Shown: in pieces, positions 20,183-30,196 of the stretch
Numbering within the stretch: position 1 is the stretch's first letter
Layout of the letters: every line of letters begins with the position of its first letter
Source: Bacteroidota bacterium
Lineage (GTDB): Bacteria; Bacteroidota; Ignavibacteria; UBA10030; JAHEZR01
Reading direction: 5' to 3'
Assembly (NCBI GenBank): GCA_049589195.1
Contig: JBAWAH010000021.1
Span: forward strand, 30,649 to 94,648
DNA length: 64,000 nt
The notes under the pieces: model-generated
Database searches by the model: none
The model's input: the letters and a program-made list of their open reading frames with translations, nothing else
What the model was told of the DNA's origin: nothing
Position numbers and translations under genes: made by a program

Positions 20183-20761
20183 TCAGACGCTCCGGCTTCC
20201 AGGTTTTACGAGAGGTGTGTTCTGTCGACAAAGAAGACACTCGGCTGGCTTGCACGTGACAACGTCCATCTTGAGGAGAGAAAACAAGGGTTCACGCTGA
20301 CCAGGCTCAGGCTCTCCACCCGTCCGATCCACGATGCAGGCTTTCCCCACAATTAATCCGCCTCTCTTCTTCACAATGTCGAGCACCTCTCCGATTGATC
20401 CGCCTGTCGTTACCACGTCTTCGCAGGCAAGGACTCGCTCGGCTGTCTTGATCTCGAATCCACGCCGGAGCTGAAGAATCCCATCGGCGCGTTCAGCAAA
20501 GATTGATCGTGCTCCAAGCTGTCGCGCGACTTCCTGACCCACAACGATGCCCCCTAAAGCGGGGGAGATAACGACGTCGACTTTCATTCCCTTGAAGTAT
20601 TGCGCAATCTCTCGGCAGAGCGCCTCAGCGTGCTGTGGGTATTGCAGGACTTTGGCACATTGGAAGTACTGTGGACTATGAAGGCCGGAACTGAGTTGGA
20701 AATGTCCCTCAAGCAGTGCCCCAGTATCCTTGAACAACTTCAGGACTTCTTCTCTTGTCAT
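20183..20761 (-). CDS. pyrE: Orotate phosphoribosyltransferase
   Basis: PRTase motif VLACEDVVTTGGS and overall PyrE similarity; 192 aa. Confidence 0.85.
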   Translation of the reverse strand: MTREEVLKLFKDTGALLEGHFQLSSGLHSPQYFQCAKVLQYPQHAEALCREIAQYFKGMKVDVVISPALGGIVVGQEVARQLGARSIFAERADGILQLRRGFEIKTAERVLACEDVVTTGGSIGEVLDIVKKRGGLIVGKACIVDRTGGEPEPGQREPLFSLLKMDVVTCKPAECLLCRQNTPLVKPGSRSV

Positions 20762-20814
20762 GAACTAATGCAAGTCAGGAGTTAGAGAATGAACCTTACA
20801 CCATGAACTCATTC

Positions 20815-21138
20815 CTACCACTCGTCCTCCAATTCTTCGAGTTCTTCTGTCATCTCTTCCTTTGCATGTGCGTCGCCTGTCGCTTCGGCGATTTCAATTC
20901 CCTTCCTGTAGATGGGTTTCGCTTCCTGTGTTCGGTTCAATCGCGCAAAGATCTGACCCAGCTGACGATAGGCAGGCAAGTAATTCGCATCTCGGTCAAT
21001 GACCTCTTTGAGATAGGTGATGGCAGTTCCCGGCTCTCCGAGAGAATTATACTCAAGTGCAATCGCATATCGGGTGAAGGAATCATTTGGATTTTCTTCT
21101 AGCAGCTGCTTGAGGGAATCTAGCCGGGAGTGCGCCAT
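20815..21138 (-). CDS. Small TPR-repeat protein
   Basis: TPR-like helical repeats (AIALEYNSLGEPGTAITYLKEVIDRDANYLPAYRQLGQIFARLNRTQEA). Confidence 0.55.
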   Translation of the reverse strand: MAHSRLDSLKQLLEENPNDSFTRYAIALEYNSLGEPGTAITYLKEVIDRDANYLPAYRQLGQIFARLNRTQEAKPIYRKGIEIAEATGDAHAKEEMTEELEELEDEW

Positions 21139-21144
21139 GTCAGA

Positions 21145-21426
21145 TCAGAGGCCCTCAATCTGTTTAGCAAGATTGAAATCTTTTTCGGTCAATCCGCCTG
21201 CGCTGTGGGTCGAAAGAACGAGCTTGACTTTGTTCCACCGGATGTCGATGTCTGGATGGTGGTTCGCTTTCTCAGCGAGGAGGGCGACGGAATTCACAAA
21301 ACCCATCGCGCGGACAAAGTCTTTGAGCTCAAATTGCTTTACAATTTCCTTGCCTTCCAGCTTCCATCCCTTCAGTGACGCGAGACCATTCTCAATTTCG
21401 TTCTTTGACAGCAGCGCCATAATCAT
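21145..21426 (-). CDS. phhB: Pterin-4a-carbinolamine dehydratase
   Basis: LxGW....KxF.FxDF..A.GFV..VA..AEKxNHHPD signature, about 90 aa. Confidence 0.8.
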   Translation of the reverse strand: MIMALLSKNEIENGLASLKGWKLEGKEIVKQFELKDFVRAMGFVNSVALLAEKANHHPDIDIRWNKVKLVLSTHSAGGLTEKDFNLAKQIEGL

Positions 21427-21458
21427 TTCTCCTTATATGTTGAGAAAAGAAGTGTGTT

Positions 21459-22493
21459 CTATTCAGAGTTTTGTTGACGGCCTTTGAACGGTTCCGAGCG
21501 ATCTTGGAACTCAGGCCGATAATACTCCGATGCTTGCTCCCAATCCTGCACCCAACCGTTCTCCATCCCAAACTGTTCGAGGAGGTGAAGCACTCGTTCA
21601 TATTCGCCGGCGTAAATCTTCCGACTGAGAAGATCGGAGTGGACTGCTTTGTGGGTTGGATAGTATTGTGCCATGATGCTGAGCGTCACGTCATTTCCGA
21701 GATTGTCTCGGATCCAGGTGAGTGTCTCTTCGCTCCCCGCAAGACCGTTTGGAAGAATGAGATGCCGGATGATCAGACCTCTGCGGACTAAGCCATCCTC
21801 GTCCATGATCAGGTTGCTGCCAACCTGTCGATGCATTTCCTTCACTGCTGCACGAGACAGGTCCACATAGCGCGGCACCTTTGAGTAAAGCCAGCCGGCT
21901 TCGTCACTACTGTACTTCAGATCAGGAAGATAGATGTCGATGACGCCGTCGAGAAGCTTCAGGACATCGACGGAGTCGTATGTGTTTGTATTGTAGATGA
22001 GCGGGAGGTTCAGACCTGAGTCTGCAGCAATGACAAGTGATTGAATAATCTGCGGGACGAAATGTGTGGGAGATACGAGGCCGATGCTGTGGCAGCCCTT
22101 CGCCTGAAGTTCGAGCATCATTCCGGCGAGTCGCTCGTTGGAGATTTCATTTCTTCTCTCGACACGACAGTTCTGACTGATCTCATGATTCTGGCAATAG
22201 ACGCATCGGAGATTGCAGTTGCCAAAGAAAATGTTGCCCACGCCGTTTGTCCCCACGAGTCCAGGTTCTTCACCGTAGTGGGCACAATAGGACGAAACGA
22301 TAGGAAAGTGCCCTGAATAGCAGCGGGCTATCTCATCGTTTAGCCGGTTCACTTTGCAGTCAAGTGGACAGATGTCGCACGAGGCGAGCCTCCCTTCGAG
22401 CATGGCTGCTCTCTGAGTCAACTCTCCGGAGCGATGAAGCCGGAGGTAGCTTGGTTCATCCAGAAGAACTGCTGTCTGCTTCCCAGTGTGCAT
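21459..22493 (-). CDS. Radical SAM enzyme, AmmeMemoRadiSam-system type
   Basis: CxxxCxxC cluster motif GNCNLRCVYCQNHEIS matches the characteristic C-x-x-R-C-x-(F/Y)-CQN-(W/H)-EIS signature of the AmmeMemoRadiSam radical SAM family; 344 aa. Confidence 0.65.
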   Translation of the reverse strand: MHTGKQTAVLLDEPSYLRLHRSGELTQRAAMLEGRLASCDICPLDCKVNRLNDEIARCYSGHFPIVSSYCAHYGEEPGLVGTNGVGNIFFGNCNLRCVYCQNHEISQNCRVERRNEISNERLAGMMLELQAKGCHSIGLVSPTHFVPQIIQSLVIAADSGLNLPLIYNTNTYDSVDVLKLLDGVIDIYLPDLKYSSDEAGWLYSKVPRYVDLSRAAVKEMHRQVGSNLIMDEDGLVRRGLIIRHLILPNGLAGSEETLTWIRDNLGNDVTLSIMAQYYPTHKAVHSDLLSRKIYAGEYERVLHLLEQFGMENGWVQDWEQASEYYRPEFQDRSEPFKGRQQNSE

Positions 22494-22626
22494 TCAATTG
22501 ACCAGAATTCGATGAGTAAGCCCTGAAAAGATATAAAAAAAAATCGTCTAATCCAACTTCTGAGAAAACGCGGGGCCCTCGTCTTTTCCACGGAAGGAGG
22601 GAGGGAGAATTGAGTGGCTCACATCC

Positions 22627-23445
22627 CTAAACAGGAAAGCCCTCCACCTTTGTGACCGAGTGAAGGGGTTCCCCGAAGAACCGTTCTCCAATCTCCCGGA
22701 ATCGGTGGGGAAAATCACTTACGAAGAATTCATGGAGAGGTGATCTGCCATCGGACGAGAGCAGTCCTTTTTCGGTGAGGAGTCGTTCAACATCTGCTGC
22801 GGTGGCTTCGGCAGAATCAATCAGCCTGATACCAAGGCCGACGACTTTTTCGATTGTGTGTTTGAGAATGGGATAATGTGTGCAGCCAAGAACGAGCGTG
22901 TCGATGTGCTGGTCGATAAGCGGCTTCAGATAATCACGAGCAAGGAGTTCGGCGGCAGGGTGGTCCGCCAACCCCTCTTCTGCCAGAGGGACGAAGAGCG
23001 GACAGGCTTGAGCCGTGACCTCGATTGACGAGTCAAGGTTGTGAATTGCATCGGTGTATGCGCGACTTGCAATCGTCCCGACGGTCCCGATGACTCCGAC
23101 TTTCCTGTTCTTCGTGGATGCAACAGCTGCTCTTGCGCCAGGCTGGATGACGCCAAGAACTGGGAGAGCGAATCGCTTTTTCACCTCATCAATCGCTACA
23201 GCGGAGACGGTATTGCATGCGACGACGATCATCTTTACATCTTTGGTCATGAGAAAGGCAGCATCCTGAACAGCATACTGCTTCACGACCTCTGTCGACT
23301 TCGGTCCATAAGGGACTCTTGCAGTATCCCCGAAGTAAATGATGCGTTCGCGGGGAAGTCTCTTTGCCAGTGCTCGGACGACAGTCAGTCCGCCGATGCC
23401 GGAATCGAAGACCCCGATGGGCTTCTTTGCGATGTTTGTTTCCAT
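22627..23445 (-). CDS. murI: Glutamate racemase
   Basis: IGVFDSGIGGLTV...YFGDTARVPYGPKS and a second Cys motif GCTHYP. Confidence 0.85.
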   Translation of the reverse strand: METNIAKKPIGVFDSGIGGLTVVRALAKRLPRERIIYFGDTARVPYGPKSTEVVKQYAVQDAAFLMTKDVKMIVVACNTVSAVAIDEVKKRFALPVLGVIQPGARAAVASTKNRKVGVIGTVGTIASRAYTDAIHNLDSSIEVTAQACPLFVPLAEEGLADHPAAELLARDYLKPLIDQHIDTLVLGCTHYPILKHTIEKVVGLGIRLIDSAEATAADVERLLTEKGLLSSDGRSPLHEFFVSDFPHRFREIGERFFGEPLHSVTKVEGFPV

Positions 23446-23540
23446 GAAAGAATTTCCAACTTTTCTTCAAGTTTGGAAACGCAGGAAAGAAAATAAGCAA
23501 ACTTTTGAAGAAGGGCAATGAGATGATTGAGATCAATCGC

Positions 23541-26500
23541 CTAGAGTTTGCCCGCCACCACTGCTGCGGCTTTTGCTGACTCGACGGTGCCGCCGGATGA
23601 GTCAACCGCGTCAAGAAGAACAATGTATATTCCCATCCGTAGCCTTCGTTTGTCGTCGTCGAGTCCATCCCAGATGATCTGCCCAGTTGAGGCGCTCGGC
23701 TCATAATTCGCAAGAGTACGGACGGGGCGTCCAAGGGAATCAAAAATCTTCAGGCGGACTCGCGGAATCTGGCTGGACACTTTGTAACTGATGACGGTGA
23801 AGTCCTCGAACCCATCGCCATCAGGGGAAAACGGATTGGGAGAAATGGAGAGCGTAGTTTGTGTGGGGATAGAAGTTGTGAAGATGCTGTTCTGGTGTCC
23901 CGGCGTGCCTCCGACTTTCTCAACGCAAGAACTCCAATTGCGCCGGTCAGTAGAAGAAAGGTTTGGATTGATCCGTTCGAGAGAAATCCCGGTGATGTCG
24001 GTCATGTCAGGATTGTGCCACGAAGGCGAGTAGCGTATGCTATCAATGATCGTTCCTACGAGATCTGTGAGGATGACATCATCTCCTTTGTCATTCAAAC
24101 TCAAGCCGGCGCGATTGAGAATGATGATCCTTGAGTTTCCTTGCGGGGCTCGAAGATTGGCAAACTGAGAGAGAATGGTCGAGTCCGAGCTGATCACAGC
24201 ATATCCACCGGGTTCAATTTGAACAGGATTCCTGGCGATTGAGAACACGTTTACCTTCCCTGTTGCGTCTCGCATATCTGAGAGCGTCCACTCGCTCACG
24301 TCCACAGGGAAAGAACTCGGATTGTATAACTCAATCCACTCGGCTTGACCAGTCAATGGCTCATACATGATCTCATTGATTATCAATGCACGAGGCAGCG
24401 ATCCGATCTTGATCTCAATTGATGCGGCGTTGTTTGACGGCCGCGCATCTCTAATATACTCTACCACTGCTGTGATCTGCATTAAGCCTGGAGGCAATTC
24501 CTTCCAGGTAAAGGGGACAAGGATTGTATCTCGCCTTTGTAGATTGCCACTCGGTGTTACTGTTCCAATCAGTTCCGTTGGTGTCAAAACGGAGTCTCTG
24601 TCAGCATCGTGGTAGAACATCACGGAATAACCGCTCGCCGGTTCCCTCCCAATATTCTGAATCGTGGCCATGAGGGATATGGAAACAGCCTTTCCGGATT
24701 GAACTGTCGTTGGTTCGAGGGCTTGGATTCTCATTACCTTTAGATCATTTGCGACAGTCGCGATGCTGTTCAGTCTGCCGGGTGTGCTTCCCTCCATGTC
24801 GTTTGAAGTGCCCCAATTTGTTGAGTCAGTCGAGAGCGCATCGAAATCAATTCTCTCGAGCGACCGTCCATCTAATCCGCCCCACGACCGAGTGTACGTT
24901 AGACTGTCCATCACCAGAGACCGAGCATCGTACAGCACGACTGCGTCTCCAGAATTGCTGAACAGAGCGGCTGGCAGACTCGGCGCGAACAACACCAACG
25001 GAGGAATTGAAGGGTGAAGATCAAGAATCGAGGCATCCTTCGTTATGACAGCATAGCTCGCCGGCCGAAGGAGAGCATCGGTGCTCGAGAGCATGTGCTT
25101 GGCCGCAGTCATGCGGTTGGAAAGCTTCCAGTTCTTCAGGTTGACATCAGTACTCGTTCTGTTATAAATCTCGACCCATTCCGGCTCGCTTCCTGATGGC
25201 CCATACATGATCTCGTTGATTACCACACCGCCCGTCGGCAACCCAATTTCAACCGCGATGATTCGCCGATTGTTCAGCAAACTCTCGTCTTCTATGTAGT
25301 CCACGGTCACAAGGTACAGACTAATGCCAGCCTGCGCATTGAAGACTTGTGCCGCGAACGACGCCGAATCTCCGGGTTGGAGTGCCATCGTCGAACTCGA
25401 ACGTGTGATAAGTTCGGTCGCTTGTCCGACAGAATCATCGTTTGCGTCTTCGAAGAAGGTTACCGTGTAGCTTGAGGCAGGATTGGTGCCTGCATTCTGG
25501 ACGACGGCAGTCAGTGTAAAGCTGGCTCCTGCCATGGGTGAGGCTGGCGAGATACTGACTGTGCTTATAGCTAAGTCATTGTTCTTCTGCGCGAGCGTGT
25601 TGACGCAACCTGGGCTGCCGCCGAATGGGTCAAGAGAAGTTCCCCAGTTTGACTGATCGGTCGATGCACCACTAGGTGCTATGCGCTCCAGCGATCTCCC
25701 TCCACTTCCACCCCAACCAGGCGAGTAGAATAGGCTATCCATTTGGCCATCCCGGGAATCGAAGAGAACTACTCCGTCACCAGAATTGCTGAAAAGTGCA
25801 ATAGGCAAGTTCCGATTCACGAACAGCAATCCGTGAATAGATGGGTGGAACGCGAGGAACGCAAGCGAGTCTCGAGTGATGACTGCAAAACTGCTTCTCT
25901 GGAGAAGAGCGTCTGTAGTTGCGATCGCGTACTTGGCGGAAGTGATCCGGTTCGAAATTTTCCAGTTCTTCAGATTCACGTCGATACTCGAGGCGTTGTA
26001 GATCTCGATCCACTCAGGTTCGCCTCCGTTGGGGCCGTACATTACCTCGTTAATGACGACAGCCTTTGGTGGCAGTCCAACAGTTACAAGGATTATTCGC
26101 TTGTTGTTAAGATTCTCCTCGTCTAGCGAATACTCGATTGCCACAAGATATTGATGCTCCCCCACCATGACGTTCTGAGTTTGCGCGGAGAGAATTGCAG
26201 AATCTCCAACCTGGACCGTAGGCGTCGAAGCGACGCGTGTAATGAGTTCACCAGACTCTCCAACTGAATCCCCATTCACATCTTCAAAGAAGCTCATTGA
26301 AAAGCCAAAGGCAGGTTGCATTCCAACGTTCTTGACTGTTACAATGAGAGTGACCGTGCTGTTGACTGATGGGAAAGGCGGGGATGCACTGAAGTCTGTA
26401 ATTGCCAGATCGTTCTCTTTTTGAGTGAGGGTGTTGACACGTCCCGGAGTACTGCCTGACGGATCGAGTGAGGTTCCCCAATTTGATTGTCCAGTTGATA

Positions 26501-28637
26501 CTGCCGATGGTGAGATTCGTTCGAGTGACTTGCCTCCTGCACTACCCCAGCTTGACCGGTAGTACAAGCTGTCAATGACAGAGTTCCTTTGATCGTAGAG
26601 CACAACGGCGTCGCTGTCGTTTCGGAAAAGGGCAATAGGGAGACTGTTGTTGGTGAAGAGAAGCCCGGGAATTGAGGAATGGAAAGCTCGGAGGGCGAGT
26701 GAATCCCTTGTGATCACCGCGAAACTTTTTGGAGGAAGGATCGTGTCTGCTGCTGCGATTACGTATTTGGTGGATGAGATGCGATTTGAGACTTTCCAAT
26801 TCCTCAAATTTGCTGGCACGGTGGATGTGTTAAAGATCTCAATCCACTCGGGCTCACCCCCATATGGTGCATACATGATCTCGTTGACGACGACAGCATT
26901 TGGCGGCAAGCCGACAATTACGAGAATTCCTCTCATGTCGTTGAAATCCTCCTCATCTAGTGGATACTCAACTGCTGCCAAGTAGTGATAGTCTCCGAGC
27001 ATAGCACTCGGTGCCTGCGCAGAGAAGGCCACGGAGTCTCCAACCTGAAGCGTGGGTGTCATCGTGATGTGCGAGAAGAGTTCGTCATTTTGCCCAACCG
27101 AATCCCCATTCGTGTCTTCGAAGAAGCTCACTGAATAACCAGAGGCAGGTTGCATTCCAACGTTTGCCACCTTCACAGTGAGAATCACTGTGCTATTCGT
27201 TGTTGGAAAAGGTGGCGAGGCACCAAGCCTTATGATAGCTACGTCATTCTCCTTTTGCGTAAGGGTATTGACACGCCCCGGAGTGCCACCCAGGGGACTG
27301 AGTGAGGTTCCCCAGTTTGATCGCTCTGTGGATGGATCCGAGGGGGAAATTCGTTCGAGCGATTTGCCTCCTCCGCCACCCCAGCTTGATTTGTAGTACA
27401 AGCTGTCAGTGACAGAGTTCCTCGGATCGTAGAGTACAACGGCATCACTGTCGTTCCTGAATAGGGCGACGGGAAGACTGCTGCTGGTGAAGAGAAGCCC
27501 AGGGATTGACGAGTGAAACGCCGAGAAGGCAAGAGAATCTCTCGTGATAACTGCGAAGCTCTTAGGCGAAAGAACAACCTCAGCCGTCGCGATGGCATAT
27601 TTGCTTGATGAGATCCGATTTGAGAGTTTCCAATTTCTCAGGTCAACTGCTGCCGTGGACGAGTTAAATATCTCAATCCACTCAGGCTCGCCTCCGCTTG
27701 GTGCGAACATGATCTCGTTGATAACCATGGAGTGAGGGAGAACACGTACAAAGAAGTTTACGATCCCATTATTGTTTGTCAGATCCTCATCACCCGAAAT
27801 GGACACTACGCATAAGATTTGATGGTCGCCCGAAGGAAGACTCCCCGACTTCACTTCGACCAAAAGAGAATCACCGGGGTTAACCGATGGAGGGAAGAGG
27901 ACTTGAAACCGCTCGCTTGCCTGACCGACGGAGTCACGATTTACGTCATCAAAGAGTTCCAGGCTATAGTTTGAGGCCGTCTGCGTTCCGAGGTTCGCAA
28001 GGAGTAGAGCGACGGTGAGGCTGTCTGCGGCGAGAGGAAGAGTTGGAGAGACCTTTACGGATCGCACAGCTAGGTCGATTGCCGTCTTCACAGTGAGGCC
28101 AACGTCGTCGATGCGGAGTGTTCCAGAAGTGCCACCAGCGCCACCGATGATGCGCCATCGGAACTTCACTTGAGTTTGATTGCCGAGGATCGGTGGAAGG
28201 TTCAGCGTGACGAGATTGTAAGTTGAGTTTCCGGGATTCTTTAGAGTATCACTGATAGCGATTGGGAATGTGAGACCATTGTCAGTCGACGCGTCAACGA
28301 GGACGCCCGAGGTGTGCGTCGATGAACGTGAGGTCCAGAATTCCAGCTTGTCGGGAACACGGCTGCTGAAATCAAATCGAGGTGTCGCGAGGTATTGGGG
28401 GACTGCCGAGTTCGTCGAGATGGCGGCGTTCGGTGGGGAATGCGTTGATGAAGTTGTCGTGGCGAAGTCGCCAGTCATTAGTCGGCTTGTCGATGTAGTC
28501 CATCCCGGCGGTAGTGACGGTGTCGTTACGGAATCGAAGTGTTCTGAGTAGGGAAATGCTCGGACTTGGGCCAGGAGTGTCTCTTCATTGCGAGGATAGA
28601 CCAAGAGAGATAGAGCGATCAGAGGTAGGAGTCGCAT
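23541..28637 (-). CDS. Giant secreted T9SS cargo protein (1698 aa) with five CARDB + lamin-tail-domain (LTD) repeat units and a C-terminal T9SS sorting domain
   Basis: Signal peptide; five occurrences of the LTD core (NEIMY.P.GGEPEWIEI(F/Y)N....(V/A)(D/N)L.NWK(L/V)SNR), each preceded by a CARDB-like beta-sandwich segment; C-terminus (...IYIVLLDAVD...) fits the T9SS C-terminal domain pattern. Confidence 0.8.
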   Translation of the reverse strand: MRLLPLIALSLLVYPRNEETLLAQVRAFPYSEHFDSVTTPSLPPGWTTSTSRLMTGDFATTTSSTHSPPNAAISTNSAVPQYLATPRFDFSSRVPDKLEFWTSRSSTHTSGVLVDASTDNGLTFPIAISDTLKNPGNSTYNLVTLNLPPILGNQTQVKFRWRIIGGAGGTSGTLRIDDVGLTVKTAIDLAVRSVKVSPTLPLAADSLTVALLLANLGTQTASNYSLELFDDVNRDSVGQASERFQVLFPPSVNPGDSLLVEVKSGSLPSGDHQILCVVSISGDEDLTNNNGIVNFFVRVLPHSMVINEIMFAPSGGEPEWIEIFNSSTAAVDLRNWKLSNRISSSKYAIATAEVVLSPKSFAVITRDSLAFSAFHSSIPGLLFTSSSLPVALFRNDSDAVVLYDPRNSVTDSLYYKSSWGGGGGKSLERISPSDPSTERSNWGTSLSPLGGTPGRVNTLTQKENDVAIIRLGASPPFPTTNSTVILTVKVANVGMQPASGYSVSFFEDTNGDSVGQNDELFSHITMTPTLQVGDSVAFSAQAPSAMLGDYHYLAAVEYPLDEEDFNDMRGILVIVGLPPNAVVVNEIMYAPYGGEPEWIEIFNTSTVPANLRNWKVSNRISSTKYVIAAADTILPPKSFAVITRDSLALRAFHSSIPGLLFTNNSLPIALFRNDSDAVVLYDQRNSVIDSLYYRSSWGSAGGKSLERISPSAVSTGQSNWGTSLDPSGSTPGRVNTLTQKENDLAITDFSASPPFPSVNSTVTLIVTVKNVGMQPAFGFSMSFFEDVNGDSVGESGELITRVASTPTVQVGDSAILSAQTQNVMVGEHQYLVAIEYSLDEENLNNKRIILVTVGLPPKAVVINEVMYGPNGGEPEWIEIYNASSIDVNLKNWKISNRITSAKYAIATTDALLQRSSFAVITRDSLAFLAFHPSIHGLLFVNRNLPIALFSNSGDGVVLFDSRDGQMDSLFYSPGWGGSGGRSLERIAPSGASTDQSNWGTSLDPFGGSPGCVNTLAQKNNDLAISTVSISPASPMAGASFTLTAVVQNAGTNPASSYTVTFFEDANDDSVGQATELITRSSSTMALQPGDSASFAAQVFNAQAGISLYLVTVDYIEDESLLNNRRIIAVEIGLPTGGVVINEIMYGPSGSEPEWVEIYNRTSTDVNLKNWKLSNRMTAAKHMLSSTDALLRPASYAVITKDASILDLHPSIPPLVLFAPSLPAALFSNSGDAVVLYDARSLVMDSLTYTRSWGGLDGRSLERIDFDALSTDSTNWGTSNDMEGSTPGRLNSIATVANDLKVMRIQALEPTTVQSGKAVSISLMATIQNIGREPASGYSVMFYHDADRDSVLTPTELIGTVTPSGNLQRRDTILVPFTWKELPPGLMQITAVVEYIRDARPSNNAASIEIKIGSLPRALIINEIMYEPLTGQAEWIELYNPSSFPVDVSEWTLSDMRDATGKVNVFSIARNPVQIEPGGYAVISSDSTILSQFANLRAPQGNSRIIILNRAGLSLNDKGDDVILTDLVGTIIDSIRYSPSWHNPDMTDITGISLERINPNLSSTDRRNWSSCVEKVGGTPGHQNSIFTTSIPTQTTLSISPNPFSPDGDGFEDFTVISYKVSSQIPRVRLKIFDSLGRPVRTLANYEPSASTGQIIWDGLDDDKRRLRMGIYIVLLDAVDSSGGTVESAKAAAVVAGKL
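24000..28100 (-). repeat. Diverged tandem repeats of about 840 bp (about 280 aa) inside the giant LTD gene (approximate bounds)
   Basis: Stretches around 25700, 26540 and 27380 align at roughly 80% identity with 840-bp periodicity. Confidence 0.5.
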
Positions 28638-28765
28638 ATGACGGGACGGCGTCTAGTCGGGAAAAACAGCGCTACAATATACACAAATCTACGATAAAAT
28701 CAAATCGGAACATCCGAAGATATTCTGCGGAGAGAGACTAACGGGTTGGTCTGCCAAGAAACAAC

Positions 28766-28791
28766 AGAGCCGCTCCGAGGAGAGCGGCTTT
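28766..28791. terminator. Hairpin (AGCCGCTC-CGAGGA-GAGCGGCT) downstream of ahcY, possible intrinsic terminator
   Basis: Perfect 8-bp GC-rich stem with T/A-rich flanks, 85 bp after the ahcY stop. Confidence 0.4.
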
Positions 28792-28876
28792 GCGTCAAGA
28801 AATGGAGCTCTTTTGCGCTAAAGGACGCGGGAGGGACTATGCCCGCTGGTCCAACGGAGGGTGGGGATCAGCATGC

Positions 28877-30157
28877 TCATGTGCCTTCTGAGTAACTCCG
28901 AATGTACTCTTCCTGCTCCTTCGAAAGCCTGTCAATGGAAGTGCCCATCGTCCGAAGTTTCAAACGGGCGATCTCTTCATCCTGTTCCTTCGGGATGTCA
29001 TGGACTTTCTTCTCCAGTCGCTTTCCGTTCTTGTGATGGTCGACAAGCCACAACTGAGACATGAACTGATTCGCAAACGACATGTCCATGACTTCTGAAG
29101 GGTGTCCCTCAGCTGCGGCAAGATTCACAAGTCTCCCTTTTGCGAGGACGTAGATACGTCTTCCATTTTTCAAGAGATACTCTTCATTGTTCGGTCGAAT
29201 CTCTCTCACACGCTTGGTGAGCTTCTTCAAATCAACGAGATTCACTTCGCAATCATAGTGGCCAGCGTTGCAAACGATGGCGCCATCCCGCATCACCTTG
29301 AAGTGTCTCTCGGTGATGATGTCCTTCACTCCGGTGGTCGTAACGAAGATTTCTCCGACCTTTGCAGCTTCGTCCATCGCCATGACACGATGACCATCGA
29401 GTGTCGCTTTGAGGGCAGCGCTCGGCTTTACCTCGGTGATGATGACGTGCGCACCAAGTCCTTTGGCGCACTTCGCAACTCCGACTCCACAATGGCCGTA
29501 GCCCGCGACAACCACGTTCTTACCGGCAAAGAGTATGCTGGTCGACCGGAGGATCCCATCGATCGTCGACTGCCCTGTCCCGTACACGTTGTCGAAGTCC
29601 CATTTCGTCACTGCGTCGTTGACGGCAACGACGGGATACTTAAGCGCACCCGCTGCAGCCATCGAACGAAGGCGATGGACACCCGTCGTCGTCTCTTCTG
29701 TCCCGCCAATCACAGTGTCTTCAGCGAATTCAGGGTGACGGTTGTGGATTGTGAAGATCAAGTCGGCGCCATCGTCAAGTGTCAGGTTCGGCCGAATCTT
29801 CAGTGTCTGTTCAATGCACCAGTAAAACTCTTTGACGTTCATCCCATGCCATGCAAAGATCGAAATACCATCGGCGGCAAGTGCGGCTGCCACGTCATCT
29901 TGTGTGGAGAGTGGATTGCAACCACTCCAACTCACTTGTGCTCCAGCTTCGACAAAGGTCTTCACGAGCACAGCAGTTTCCTTTGTCACATGCAGACATC
30001 CAGCAATGCGAAATCCTCTCAATGGTTTTGTCTTTCGGTATTTTTCCCGAAGCGCCATCAGGACTGGCATTCGAGATTCTGCCCATGCGATTCGCTCTTG
30101 TCCCTTGCGGGCAAGCTTTAGATCAGCAACTTTGTACAATCCTCTTTTCTGGTCCAT
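28877..30157 (-). CDS. ahcY: Adenosylhomocysteinase
   Basis: Full-length similarity to SAH hydrolase, including the NAD-binding motif GYGHCGVGVA; 426 aa. Confidence 0.9.
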   Translation of the reverse strand: MDQKRGLYKVADLKLARKGQERIAWAESRMPVLMALREKYRKTKPLRGFRIAGCLHVTKETAVLVKTFVEAGAQVSWSGCNPLSTQDDVAAALAADGISIFAWHGMNVKEFYWCIEQTLKIRPNLTLDDGADLIFTIHNRHPEFAEDTVIGGTEETTTGVHRLRSMAAAGALKYPVVAVNDAVTKWDFDNVYGTGQSTIDGILRSTSILFAGKNVVVAGYGHCGVGVAKCAKGLGAHVIITEVKPSAALKATLDGHRVMAMDEAAKVGEIFVTTTGVKDIITERHFKVMRDGAIVCNAGHYDCEVNLVDLKKLTKRVREIRPNNEEYLLKNGRRIYVLAKGRLVNLAAAEGHPSEVMDMSFANQFMSQLWLVDHHKNGKRLEKKVHDIPKEQDEEIARLKLRTMGTSIDRLSKEQEEYIRSYSEGT

Positions 30158-30196
30158 TTTCTTCTCGTGGTTAGTTGTTCCGGTTCTCAGAACTCT

